DNA from: Vulcanimicrobiota bacterium
GTDB lineage: Bacteria; Vulcanimicrobiota; Vulcanimicrobiia; Vulcanimicrobiales; Vulcanimicrobiaceae
Direction of reading: 5' to 3'
Assembly (NCBI GenBank): GCA_963752765.1
Contig: CAVVZD010000003.1
Location: 220,040 to 284,039, forward strand
DNA length: 64,000 nucleotides
Position 1 is the first letter of the stretch; the number at the start of each line of letters is the position of its first letter. A program made the position numbers and the translations under genes. Below are positions 1-9,124 of this stretch, in pieces. Below the pieces are notes generated by a model. It was not told the origin of the DNA and ran no database searches. It saw nothing but the letters and a program-made list of their open reading frames with translations.

Positions 1-587
1 AGGGAAAGGTCCGTCTCTTGCTGTTCGAGCTGTTGGGCCTTGGCACGATATTTTTGCTGGGCTTGCAGCTGAAGTTGCCGCGCGATCGACGACGCGGCCG
101 CGTTGTCCGCGGAAATGACGCTCTGCTGATACGCCATAAAATCTTGATTGGCGGCAGCGGCGGCTTGTTGTGCCTGCTGCGCCGACGTTGCGCTGAGCTG
201 CTGCGCCGCGTACGCACCCGCGCCGCTTACCCCGGCAGCCGCGAGTGCCGCTGAAACCGCTTGCTGCTCGCGCCTGCCGTAATCTTGCTGCTTTTGCGCG
301 AGAATCTTATTCGCGCGAAGCTGTGCGGCTTGCAACTCACGATTCAGTTCTTGCGTCTGCTGCGCTATTTGCGACGCGCTTAAGGGAACGTGAGGCGCCG
401 CAGCCTGCAGATTGATCGCTGCAATGGCATCGTCGAGTTGACCCAGTTGCGAGTACAGAGGGTGGTGTTTAACGACCTCGTCGACGCGCACGTAACCCAT
501 TCCGCGTATTGAAGAGGAGTGTACGTTAATCCCACACCCGCTCGTCAGCCAAGCGAAAAGGAACAGCGCAGCCGCCGGCCATCTCAA
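1..587 (-). CDS. OmpH/Skp-like coiled-coil lipoprotein, 3' end cut by window edge (absent from supplied ORF track)
   Basis: Own minus-strand translation: TTG at 587-585, then RWPAAALFLFAWLTSGC (lipobox LTSG|C). This is followed by Q/A-rich helical sequence (QELNRELQAAQLRANKILAQKQQDY...QQKYRAKAQQLEQQETDLS) that stays open to base 1. The start sits 1 nt beyond the stop (589-591) of the upstream skp-like gene. Confidence 0.5.
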   Translation of the reverse strand, partial: MRWPAAALFLFAWLTSGCGINVHSSSIRGMGYVRVDEVVKHHPLYSQLGQLDDAIAAINLQAAAPHVPLSASQIAQQTQELNRELQAAQLRANKILAQKQQDYGRREQQAVSAALAAAGVSGAGAYAAQQLSATSAQQAQQAAAAANQDFMAYQQSVISADNAAASSIARQLQLQAQQKYRAKAQQLEQQETDLS

Positions 588-588
588 A

Positions 589-1392
589 TTACTTGGTGAG
601 CTCATTTTGGACATCGGCGGTGATGTCCGTTCCTCCATAAATGACGTCGGCGCGATCGATAACGAGGAGAATATTCTTCTTCTTAGCCACGTCGGCGGTA
701 GCCGTTTTCGTCTGGTCTACCAGAGGATTGAGGAGTTGCTGTTGTTTGTCGGTGAGCGCCTTGTTAAACTCTTGATAGATCTGTTGCTTTTCGGCATCGC
801 TCCTGGCTTGCGCGATCTTGGGCGCGTAAATCGCACGCTCCGTCGAGGCGAACTGGTTCATCTGGTCATTGGCGGCCTTGACTTTCGGCAGACCGTCGAG
901 AACGCTCTGATCGACGAAACCGATCTCCGACGGCGGCGGGGAGGCAGCCGGCGGCGAGATGGCCTGACCACTGGAAAAGAGCGTTTCCACGTCACGGGTG
1001 ATGTTTTGTCCGCCGTAGATGACGATCCGCTTGTCCACGACGACCGAGAGATTGCGCGCCGCGCTTACTTGAGCGATTGCAAGCTGGGCGCGCGTAAAGA
1101 GGGGTCCGGCGATTTCGTGCTGCTTGTCGCTGTAGGCTTGCTGAAACTGCATCGAAATGCGCTGCTTGTCGGCGTCGCTCTTCGCGCCGCGAATCGCTGA
1201 ATTAAATTGCGCGTCGAGTGCTTGCTTGTACGCCGCCAACTGACGATTTGCATTGACGAACGGGGTGAGATTTGCCAGTGCCGCCTGATCGACGTATCCG
1301 ACGTCACTGAGGTCGGCCGCGATTGCGGCCGGAGCGACGAGCGACAGTACGAGCGCCGCCGAAAGCCCAAACCGGAAAAATCTTTTTTTCAT
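589..1392 (-). CDS. skp: periplasmic chaperone Skp/OmpH family, internally duplicated (two OmpH-like halves)
   Basis: Signal peptide MKKRFFRFGLSAALVLSLVAPAAIA. Two ~110-aa Q/A/K-rich helical halves each end in the same strand motif (NLSVVVDKRIVIYGGQNITRDV / NILLVIDRADVIYGGTDITADV). Lies directly downstream of bamA. Confidence 0.8.
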   Translation of the reverse strand: MKKRFFRFGLSAALVLSLVAPAAIAADLSDVGYVDQAALANLTPFVNANRQLAAYKQALDAQFNSAIRGAKSDADKQRISMQFQQAYSDKQHEIAGPLFTRAQLAIAQVSAARNLSVVVDKRIVIYGGQNITRDVETLFSSGQAISPPAASPPPSEIGFVDQSVLDGLPKVKAANDQMNQFASTERAIYAPKIAQARSDAEKQQIYQEFNKALTDKQQQLLNPLVDQTKTATADVAKKKNILLVIDRADVIYGGTDITADVQNELTK

Positions 1393-1411
1393 GAACCTCT
1401 TTTAGTTGCTT

Positions 1412-3676
1412 TTAGAAGCTTTGACCGATTCCAAAGCTCGTGTGCGTTCCGTTCGCGCCCCTGGCAAAATCGATGCGGACGGTGTGCAGCCCCAGTTGCG
1501 GTACGTCAAAGCGGATGCCGAACCCCGCGTCTCCGTAGAGCGCCCAATCGCCCGGATACCCGACGATACGGTTCGTATACGGATCGAGCAGCGGATACGC
1601 GCCCCGAATCCGGTAGTCGAGCTCGTCGACAAAAACCGCTAGGGTGATGCGCCGATCGACGGCGAGCGGCTGCCGCAGCTCGACTTGCCCCAGAAACGCG
1701 TTGGTCGCGTAGAAAACTTGATTGTATCCGCGCATTTGCTGGTCGGAGAACGTGTAGAGCGAGCTCGGCGGGATGACGCCGGTCGAATCATACACAGCGC
1801 CGTGAACGCCGAGCGTTGCCGACTTGAGAATGGGAAAGAACTTGGCAATGTTGAGGGTCGTCGACGTAAACGAGAAGTTCGACCCGAAGGCCGGCACCGA
1901 AAACTGCGTCGCAAGACTGCCGTTGATGCCGACACGTGGATTGAAAGGATCGTCGAGCGTGGTCGTCGTTAGCCCTACCGTCGCCGTGTCGAGCTTGTAG
2001 GGAGCTCCGGTGTTGACGTTCGCAACGGAAGAGGCCGAGATGCCGAACGAGCCGCCGTAAGGACTGGTCGACGAGTTGATCGGTGACGGCGTTGGTCCCA
2101 CGAGAATATTGGGTTGATTCCCCTGAAAATAATACGGTGACGGGACGTCTGTGCTGTACCGTATCGTCTGCGCGCCTGCTTGCACCGTCAGAAGCGTGTA
2201 GTCGCTCAAGCGCCGCCCGATCGTCGCCGAACCTCCCGTTGCGCTCGATTCGCTTGTCGCTACGACGTTGCTGATGAGCGACGAGGTCGAGGTTGGATAG
2301 AGCGTTACCGGGATCGGGGCGGCGGTACCCGTCGGCGACGGGATGCTGACGCCGTTTGTCGATACGGCGTAAATCGGATAGTAATACGTCGAGCTATTCG
2401 TAAAGAGCGTGCCGCCCAGGCTGTAGCGGCTCGATTGCGGCGTACTGCCGAGATACGGAACCGATGCCGATATCTGGGCAACCCCCGTACGCGCGCCTTT
2501 TTCGAACTGTATCGAAGCCGAGTTGCCCGTGCCGTGCAGATCGTTGTCCGAAAACCCGAGCGTTCCATAGAGTCCTTGGCCGGTTAAGCCGCCCGAATAT
2601 CCGAAACCCACGGAAGCCTGCGCAGTGCGTTGTTCGGTAACGCGCCAAACAAGGGTAACGTCTTGCGGTTTCTTCGGATCGGGCCCGGGCTTGACGTCGG
2701 GATCGATCTTCGAGAAGAAACCGAGCGCATTGAGCCGCTCGTAATCGCGCTTTATCGCATCGGTGTTGAGCACCATGCCCGGCCGAACGCGCAGCTCTCG
2801 CCGGACGACGTAATCCTTCGTTCGCGAGTTGCCGGTAATCTCGACCACCGCCACGCGCGCGACGTAAATATTGTACTTGACGTCGGCCGTACCGGTTTTC
2901 AAATCGATGGACGAGGGATCGATCCCGCCTTCAAAGTTACCGAGCTCGAGGTGAAACTTGTCCTCGTACAGCTTCTGCAGCGCTTTGGAGTCCGAGTCGC
3001 GCACTTCGTCTGAATACACCGTGCCGGGCTTGAGCGAAAGCGCGGGCAGAATGAGGCTGGGCGGGAGCAACGGGTCGCCGCCGATGAGAATGTGGCGCAC
3101 GACGAGCCCCTCTTGAATGTCGAGCGTCAGCACGCCGGTCTGCGGATTGAGATCGAGGTTCTTGACGTGCGACGGCACCTGGCCGCCGTAACCAATGCGC
3201 TCGTAATAGTTATTGATTTTGAGAACGTCTTCTCGGAACGTGTTCGAGTTGAAGACTTGCCCGACCGAGAGGTCCATCAGCGCCGAGAGGGTATCGCTTG
3301 GAACCTTTGCGTTGCCGCTGAAGACAATCTTCGACAGCACCGGGTTTTCGATCACGCGGTACGTGATGGCGACGCCGCCCGGCCGCGCTCGAACCAGCGG
3401 CGGCGCGATGTCGGCAAAGTAACCCAGCGCGTTAATGCGCGCAAGATCTTCCTGCACGATACGCGGGTCGTAGGGTTCCCCCGGTCGAGCCTGGACGACC
3501 GCCAAGATCGTCTGCATGGGGACGTGAAGGTTTCCGGTCACGTCCACGGACACGATTGTCGGATTCGTGGCCGAGGATGCGGGGGCAACGATGAGGCTGA
3601 CGCACAGGATCAGCGCGAGCAGTGCTCCCGCCCACCTTGTCAGTGCAACGACGCACCGCCGAAGGTTAAAGGTCAT
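1412..3676 (-). CDS. bamA: outer membrane protein assembly factor BamA (Omp85 family)
   Basis: 754 aa with an N-terminal signal/anchor and POTRA-like repeats (IVSVDVTGNLHVP, KIVFSGNAKVPSDTL, VVEITGNSRTKDYVVRREL). The C-terminal beta-barrel region ends ...HTSFGIGQSF (terminal aromatic residue). Confidence 0.9.
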   Translation of the reverse strand: MTFNLRRCVVALTRWAGALLALILCVSLIVAPASSATNPTIVSVDVTGNLHVPMQTILAVVQARPGEPYDPRIVQEDLARINALGYFADIAPPLVRARPGGVAITYRVIENPVLSKIVFSGNAKVPSDTLSALMDLSVGQVFNSNTFREDVLKINNYYERIGYGGQVPSHVKNLDLNPQTGVLTLDIQEGLVVRHILIGGDPLLPPSLILPALSLKPGTVYSDEVRDSDSKALQKLYEDKFHLELGNFEGGIDPSSIDLKTGTADVKYNIYVARVAVVEITGNSRTKDYVVRRELRVRPGMVLNTDAIKRDYERLNALGFFSKIDPDVKPGPDPKKPQDVTLVWRVTEQRTAQASVGFGYSGGLTGQGLYGTLGFSDNDLHGTGNSASIQFEKGARTGVAQISASVPYLGSTPQSSRYSLGGTLFTNSSTYYYPIYAVSTNGVSIPSPTGTAAPIPVTLYPTSTSSLISNVVATSESSATGGSATIGRRLSDYTLLTVQAGAQTIRYSTDVPSPYYFQGNQPNILVGPTPSPINSSTSPYGGSFGISASSVANVNTGAPYKLDTATVGLTTTTLDDPFNPRVGINGSLATQFSVPAFGSNFSFTSTTLNIAKFFPILKSATLGVHGAVYDSTGVIPPSSLYTFSDQQMRGYNQVFYATNAFLGQVELRQPLAVDRRITLAVFVDELDYRIRGAYPLLDPYTNRIVGYPGDWALYGDAGFGIRFDVPQLGLHTVRIDFARGANGTHTSFGIGQSF

Positions 3677-3832
3677 GCGAAAACGTTTTCTTCCTCGAAG
3701 CGACGTAATGAAGGGCCCGGGCGTGTTCGCCTTGCGTTACCCTGGTCCTTGCCGTTCTCCCGGAGACTGAGCTTGACCTTAATCCAATAGCAATGCGACA
3801 AAAGGCTCTCCTTAGGCTCTTCACTGATTTCC

Positions 3833-6800
3833 TCAAAAATAACGCTGCAGTTTGAAGCTGAAGCCGCTGGTGCCGAAGATCGGCTGACCCAGCAATAGGT
3901 CTTGGTTGTAGCCCAAGGCGGTAGAGGTTGGGGTTGCGAGAATCCTCGTCGGGCCGTTTTGATAGAAGAAGCTCAGCGTCGCGGAGGTATATTCGCTGGA
4001 CTGGATCTGAATGCCGAACGATTGCACTTGCGGCAATCCGAAGGTTGTGGCATACACGGCGCTCACGGCTTTCCCGAGCACGCGCGTCGCTTGCACGCCG
4101 ACGTTGCCGTAGTATCCGAGGGTTAAGTTGACGTTCGAGAGTCCGAGCCCTTGCCCTAGGGCACTTTCTACGGGAGCGAGCAAGCCCGCAGTAAACTGTG
4201 CGTTGAGGAGGTTGAAGGCTTCTTGACCGACGGTGATGGTGCCGTTGCGCTGCAAGTCGTAAATGCCGGGCACCGGGTTGAGTGCGCCTAACGGCGTGAT
4301 GCCACCCGGGGATTGTACTTGCAGCGCACTCGCGCTGTTGTACGCGATTCCACCCAAGAACCCGCCGAACGGCGCGAGCATCGCGATCACCTGTTCGCGT
4401 GTGTAACCAGGTGGAATCGTGTTAAACGCGATCTTCAGATTTTCGATCTGACCGTCAACGGTAATCGTTATCTGCGCCGTCCCGTACGGATTGCGTGCGC
4501 GGTCGGGATCGGGATTCACGACACTCGTTGTTCCCACCGCGTGAATCGTCGGCAGCAAACCGCCGGCCGGATCAAACGTGACGCTTGCCTGTTGCACCCG
4601 AAATGCGCGATCGAAATAGGTTAGCGTGCCGCCGCTGGATTCAAAGCCGCCATCCAGCGTTGGAGAGCGCAGCGTCCCGGCGAGATGTGCCGAACCGATG
4701 GCGCCGATGTCGAGGCCGGCGCCGTATCCGCTTCCTCGCACGCGAACGTTCTTGCCCGCCGTGGCGCGCAAATCAAAGGCGAGGGCCAGTGGCGGCACCG
4801 CGTGTCCCGACGCGTTTTGCGCCGCATTGACGAAGGCCGCAAACGGAAGCGTGGCATTGCTCAAGGTTGCCTCGCCGGAGAGCAGAGCCTGTGAGGACGG
4901 CGTTTTGGTCAGCGCAAGATCGGCATCGATGGTTCCGTTACCGTAGGCCGGCAAATCGACCTGAGCACCTTTTGCCAGCATTTTGATGACGAATGAGACG
5001 GCGCGATGACCTCTCCCGAACTGCACGCTCCCCGAGCCGGCGACGCTGCCGGCTCCAAGCTGCGCCGAGACGCGTGAGAACGTCGCGTTGGTTCGGTTGA
5101 AGGCGAGCGTTCCGGCGGCACGCGTAATCGGAATATGCTCCAGATCGCTGACATACGAGCCATTCGAAAGCGAGGCGTGCCCAAGCACGATCGGCTCACC
5201 CGCCGTTCCGGATAATCCAAAATGGCCGTCAATCGCACCGGCTAGTTTGCTGTTGCTGCCGAGCAGCGCGTCGAGAATCCCAGGATCGAGATCGACGACA
5301 TCGACGTCGAAGCTCATCGGCTGCGTCGGCGGACCGACGCGCAGCGGCGAAAGCTCGAGCGGAAGCGATCCGGCGAGCGTCGCCTCTCCACGCGTGAAGC
5401 TTGCGCCGGCGTTGGAGATCACCAATTTGTTTCCGTTCAACCGCACCTCACCGAAGAGCGAGGGAATGCCGATGCCGTACGCCTGAACGTTCGTACCGTC
5501 CAATCCCGCCGCAAAAGTCGGCGCCGATGTCGTGCCTCCGATCGACAATGTCGATTCGAACGAGCCGCTGACGGGCAGGCGCACGCGCGCGACGCGATAC
5601 AGCAGCTCGGGTAAATCCTGCGTTGCCGCCTGCACTTGCAGTTCGACCGGGTCCTTCGGCCGCAATCCGAAGGTCCCGTGCGCGGAGGCCGTTAAGCCGG
5701 ACGTTCGCAACTCGGCGTCGTCGAGTGCAATGCGCCGGCCTATTGAATGAAGATTGAATTTCGCCGTTTGCAATTCCAAAGGCCCCAACGTACCCTCGTC
5801 GACCTGGCCGCTCGCGCGCAATTGCGCGAACGGAAACGCTCCGCGTACGGTGGCTTCGCCTGACGCCCGGCCGGTGACCGGCAGGCTATAAAAACCGAGC
5901 GCCGGCACCCAGAAGGACAGATCCACATGCGCAATGCCGGCTGTCAGATCGTACCGCGAGCGCATCAATGCCGACCTGAAGTTCCCCGCCGCTGCAACGC
6001 CGATCGACCCTCGAGCGTGCAACGTGCCCTCGTTCCCACCGACCAACAGCGATCCGCGCACGACGTTTCGCGCGCTCGACCAAATAGCACGCGTGTTGCC
6101 GATCGGAAAGTTGCGATAGCGAAATGCGGTCAGGTCGATGTCGCCGCTGGTGGTCAGGCGTCCGCGCTGCGCAGCGGCTGCGAGGCGCACGCTTCCCGAA
6201 CCATCTAACGTATCGCCCGTGTCAAAGAAATTGTCGAAATCTTCCAGGCGCGCATGCGCTGCGACGACGCGCACCTCGTTTTCATTCGAGCGCTGGACCG
6301 CGCTAAATCCGGCAGACGTCGTGCCGACGAGCACGTTACCGTTGCCGATGGAAACCCCGGATGTGTCGGCAGAGAGTGCCGCTGCACCATCGACAAACGC
6401 CAGCCCGTTGACGTCGCCTCCGGGAACGCCGAGGGAACCGGTCACGCTGGGCGCGACGCCGCGCCCACTCAAATGCAGCCGAGCGTTAAACGTCCCGTCC
6501 GTCTCGTACGTCGGCAACGCGAGCGCACGCAGCGTGGCCGCAACCGGACCTGCCGGAATGTCGGTGTTCAGCGCATACGACGGCGAACCGGAGCTCAGCG
6601 ATCCGATATCCCCGTTCACGAATCCAAACGAGGGGCCGAGCGAGGCCAGCATGCGATCGAGATGGGCTGCGTCGCCCTCGAGATGAACGTCGCCATCGCC
6701 CGAAATGGCGTACTGCTGCATGCGACCGCGTGCGATGGCAACGCCGCCTTCAAATGTCGGAATTGGCGCTCCGGGCGAGAGATCGCCGCTCGCCCACAGT

Positions 6801-9067
6801 CGTCCGGTATCAAAAGGCAATCCGATGCCGTGCAGCTGCACCGTATCGAGATCCGTCACGGTTAGAGCGAGCGCTTTGGAATTTCTTACGGGCGCTGCAC
6901 TCGAAAACGTTCCAGCCGCTACGACGTCTCCGCCGGCGGCGCGTGCGTGCGCAGAATAGACACGCAAATTGGGTCCTTCGACGGAAAGAGTGATGCTGGC
7001 GCGGTCGATTGGAATGCCGTGCAGCGTCGCGTGCCGCATCGCGAGATCGACGCCTTGCACGATGATGTGATTGCCTTCCACAGCAATCCCGGCGGTGCCG
7101 GCGAGCGCACCGTGTCCCGGGATCGCGCTTCCCAAGAACGGCTGCAACCCTTCAAACGTTCCGCGGTAGCGGCCGCGTGCGACGAACGCTTGCGACGAGA
7201 ACGCGCCGTTGCCGTTGAACGTTCCCCACGGTCCCGAAGCTTGTAACAGATTCATTGCCGCGTTGGAAAGCGTTCCTGCGAAAGCTGCGTTGATGCGGTT
7301 GAACGGCACGCCCGCGATCTCGGTGCGATCGCCCGTAACCAGGCCGGCGAGAACAAGGTTCTTCCCCGCTCCTCCGCCCGCCATTGCTACGCTCACGGCG
7401 CGGCCGTTTACCCTCGGCATCTCGGGAAGATCGATTCCAGGGAAGGCCTTGTACGTCGGTTCGCGCATCCGCAGATTGCCGCCCATCGCCCAGAAGCCGC
7501 TGGTGTTGTGCGGCCGGTCCAAGTAATAACCGCCGTCGAAATCGCCGCGTGCCGTATGGAACCAGAACGGATCGACGCTCGCCGTCCCGTCCGCATTGAG
7601 CTCGAGCAGGGCCGCAACGCGCGACTCACCGCGCGCTGAAGCAGCGGCCCCACGCAAATGAAACAGCAGATCGTCACCGGTCGCGGCCGCGTCGACGAGG
7701 ATCGGCTCGCGTCCCAGCATTTCGTCGAGGTATGGCAAGCGGTCCGCCGAGCCGGTGATGTGCACCGCTAGTTCCGAGTGCACGTGTTTTTTCAACGCCA
7801 TGGTTCCGCGAATGCCAACCTCGGTACCGCCGTAATATGCGTGCAATGGAGCATACGCGAGTAGGTTGTCGCGATAGATGATGCCCGCTTCGAGCGCATC
7901 GAAGGGTAGTTTACGATACACGGTGTGCAGCGCGCGACCTTGGGCGACGATCAGCGGATTCTCGATCGGCCCTTCCACGAGAACCCCCAACGTGATGCGT
8001 CCGGAAATCGGCTGATCGCGGGTAAATGAAAAGGCGTGGCGCAGGTTGCGCAGATCACCGGTGCCGCTAATGCCCAAGCGAAGCTTGGCGCCTCCGGTCA
8101 ACTGGCCGGTCAAATCGTAGATTCCGCCGGTGACGCGCAGGGGAATACCGGCTAGCGTACCGTCGACGCGCCGCAGAAAAAATGCGTTATCGACGAGCTG
8201 CAGATGTCCACGGATGTTTTCGAGGGGTTCGGCAAGCGACGAAAGCGCGAGGCGCCCGTCGTAGACGTCGAGGTTGAGGTTCACATGGTAGTTCGTCGGA
8301 GCATTCGGCGCTACTTCAAGCGAGTAGAGCCGCGCGTCAAAGTTTCTTGCATGACCGGCGAGGATGCGCACGACCGGCGTGTCGGCAAAGTAGTTGGCCA
8401 GCGCACGCAACGGAAATCGCTCGGCTCGCGCACGATGCATCGCGAAACTTCGCTCCGCGTCGATGAGGCCGGCGATCGTAAACGGCTCGTCGACTTGCTG
8501 CGCAAAGACGCCTCGCGCGTGATACTGCGTGCGGTTTGCGCTATCGATCGAAGCGTCGACGTTGAAGTCCCGAATCCTCACCGCTTTGGCGCTCGGATCG
8601 TACGCTTTGGGCTCGCGCAGCTCGAGGGCTGCATCGTGCATGCGCAGCGCAAAACGAATCGGAACGTTGTTGACCGGCCGCGGCACGTGCGCTTGCCAGG
8701 GCCCACCCGATGGAATGATGAAATTGTAACTGCCGTCGGGAAATTTGACGATGGTGAGCTTCGCATTGGTGATATCGATGCCCGTCAGGCCGAATCGATG
8801 CCGGCTTCCGGGAAAGAGATCGCGCAGCGAATAGCGGATATCAACACGGCCGGCGTCGAGCAGCGGCTCTCCGCTATGCGAGACCGCAACCCCGTACAGC
8901 GTCGCTCGATCGATGCCGATGTGCTCATCGGTTAATCGAACGGTATAGCCGCTTGCAAGGCTGGCACCCTCGGCGATCGCAAAGCGCACTACCTCGTGAC
9001 GCTTAGCAGCCACAAGTCCGACCGCGACCGCCATCGCGATAACGCCGAGGAGCCAGCGCTTGCGCAT
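3833..9067 (-). CDS. tamB: TamB/AsmA-like translocation and assembly module protein
   Basis: 1744 aa with an N-terminal membrane anchor (MRKRWLLGVIAMAVAVGLVAA) and a very long G/A/S/T-rich beta-type body. The C-terminal end is DUF490/TamB-like (...FGTSGFSFKLQRYF). Lies immediately upstream of bamA. Confidence 0.75.
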   Translation of the reverse strand: MRKRWLLGVIAMAVAVGLVAAKRHEVVRFAIAEGASLASGYTVRLTDEHIGIDRATLYGVAVSHSGEPLLDAGRVDIRYSLRDLFPGSRHRFGLTGIDITNAKLTIVKFPDGSYNFIIPSGGPWQAHVPRPVNNVPIRFALRMHDAALELREPKAYDPSAKAVRIRDFNVDASIDSANRTQYHARGVFAQQVDEPFTIAGLIDAERSFAMHRARAERFPLRALANYFADTPVVRILAGHARNFDARLYSLEVAPNAPTNYHVNLNLDVYDGRLALSSLAEPLENIRGHLQLVDNAFFLRRVDGTLAGIPLRVTGGIYDLTGQLTGGAKLRLGISGTGDLRNLRHAFSFTRDQPISGRITLGVLVEGPIENPLIVAQGRALHTVYRKLPFDALEAGIIYRDNLLAYAPLHAYYGGTEVGIRGTMALKKHVHSELAVHITGSADRLPYLDEMLGREPILVDAAATGDDLLFHLRGAAASARGESRVAALLELNADGTASVDPFWFHTARGDFDGGYYLDRPHNTSGFWAMGGNLRMREPTYKAFPGIDLPEMPRVNGRAVSVAMAGGGAGKNLVLAGLVTGDRTEIAGVPFNRINAAFAGTLSNAAMNLLQASGPWGTFNGNGAFSSQAFVARGRYRGTFEGLQPFLGSAIPGHGALAGTAGIAVEGNHIIVQGVDLAMRHATLHGIPIDRASITLSVEGPNLRVYSAHARAAGGDVVAAGTFSSAAPVRNSKALALTVTDLDTVQLHGIGLPFDTGRLWASGDLSPGAPIPTFEGGVAIARGRMQQYAISGDGDVHLEGDAAHLDRMLASLGPSFGFVNGDIGSLSSGSPSYALNTDIPAGPVAATLRALALPTYETDGTFNARLHLSGRGVAPSVTGSLGVPGGDVNGLAFVDGAAALSADTSGVSIGNGNVLVGTTSAGFSAVQRSNENEVRVVAAHARLEDFDNFFDTGDTLDGSGSVRLAAAAQRGRLTTSGDIDLTAFRYRNFPIGNTRAIWSSARNVVRGSLLVGGNEGTLHARGSIGVAAAGNFRSALMRSRYDLTAGIAHVDLSFWVPALGFYSLPVTGRASGEATVRGAFPFAQLRASGQVDEGTLGPLELQTAKFNLHSIGRRIALDDAELRTSGLTASAHGTFGLRPKDPVELQVQAATQDLPELLYRVARVRLPVSGSFESTLSIGGTTSAPTFAAGLDGTNVQAYGIGIPSLFGEVRLNGNKLVISNAGASFTRGEATLAGSLPLELSPLRVGPPTQPMSFDVDVVDLDPGILDALLGSNSKLAGAIDGHFGLSGTAGEPIVLGHASLSNGSYVSDLEHIPITRAAGTLAFNRTNATFSRVSAQLGAGSVAGSGSVQFGRGHRAVSFVIKMLAKGAQVDLPAYGNGTIDADLALTKTPSSQALLSGEATLSNATLPFAAFVNAAQNASGHAVPPLALAFDLRATAGKNVRVRGSGYGAGLDIGAIGSAHLAGTLRSPTLDGGFESSGGTLTYFDRAFRVQQASVTFDPAGGLLPTIHAVGTTSVVNPDPDRARNPYGTAQITITVDGQIENLKIAFNTIPPGYTREQVIAMLAPFGGFLGGIAYNSASALQVQSPGGITPLGALNPVPGIYDLQRNGTITVGQEAFNLLNAQFTAGLLAPVESALGQGLGLSNVNLTLGYYGNVGVQATRVLGKAVSAVYATTFGLPQVQSFGIQIQSSEYTSATLSFFYQNGPTRILATPTSTALGYNQDLLLGQPIFGTSGFSFKLQRYF

Positions 9068-9124
9068 TAACGGAGTCGTTGCGGGACCGCGCCGGGCGAA
9101 CCTGCCCTCGGCCTTACGCCCGGG

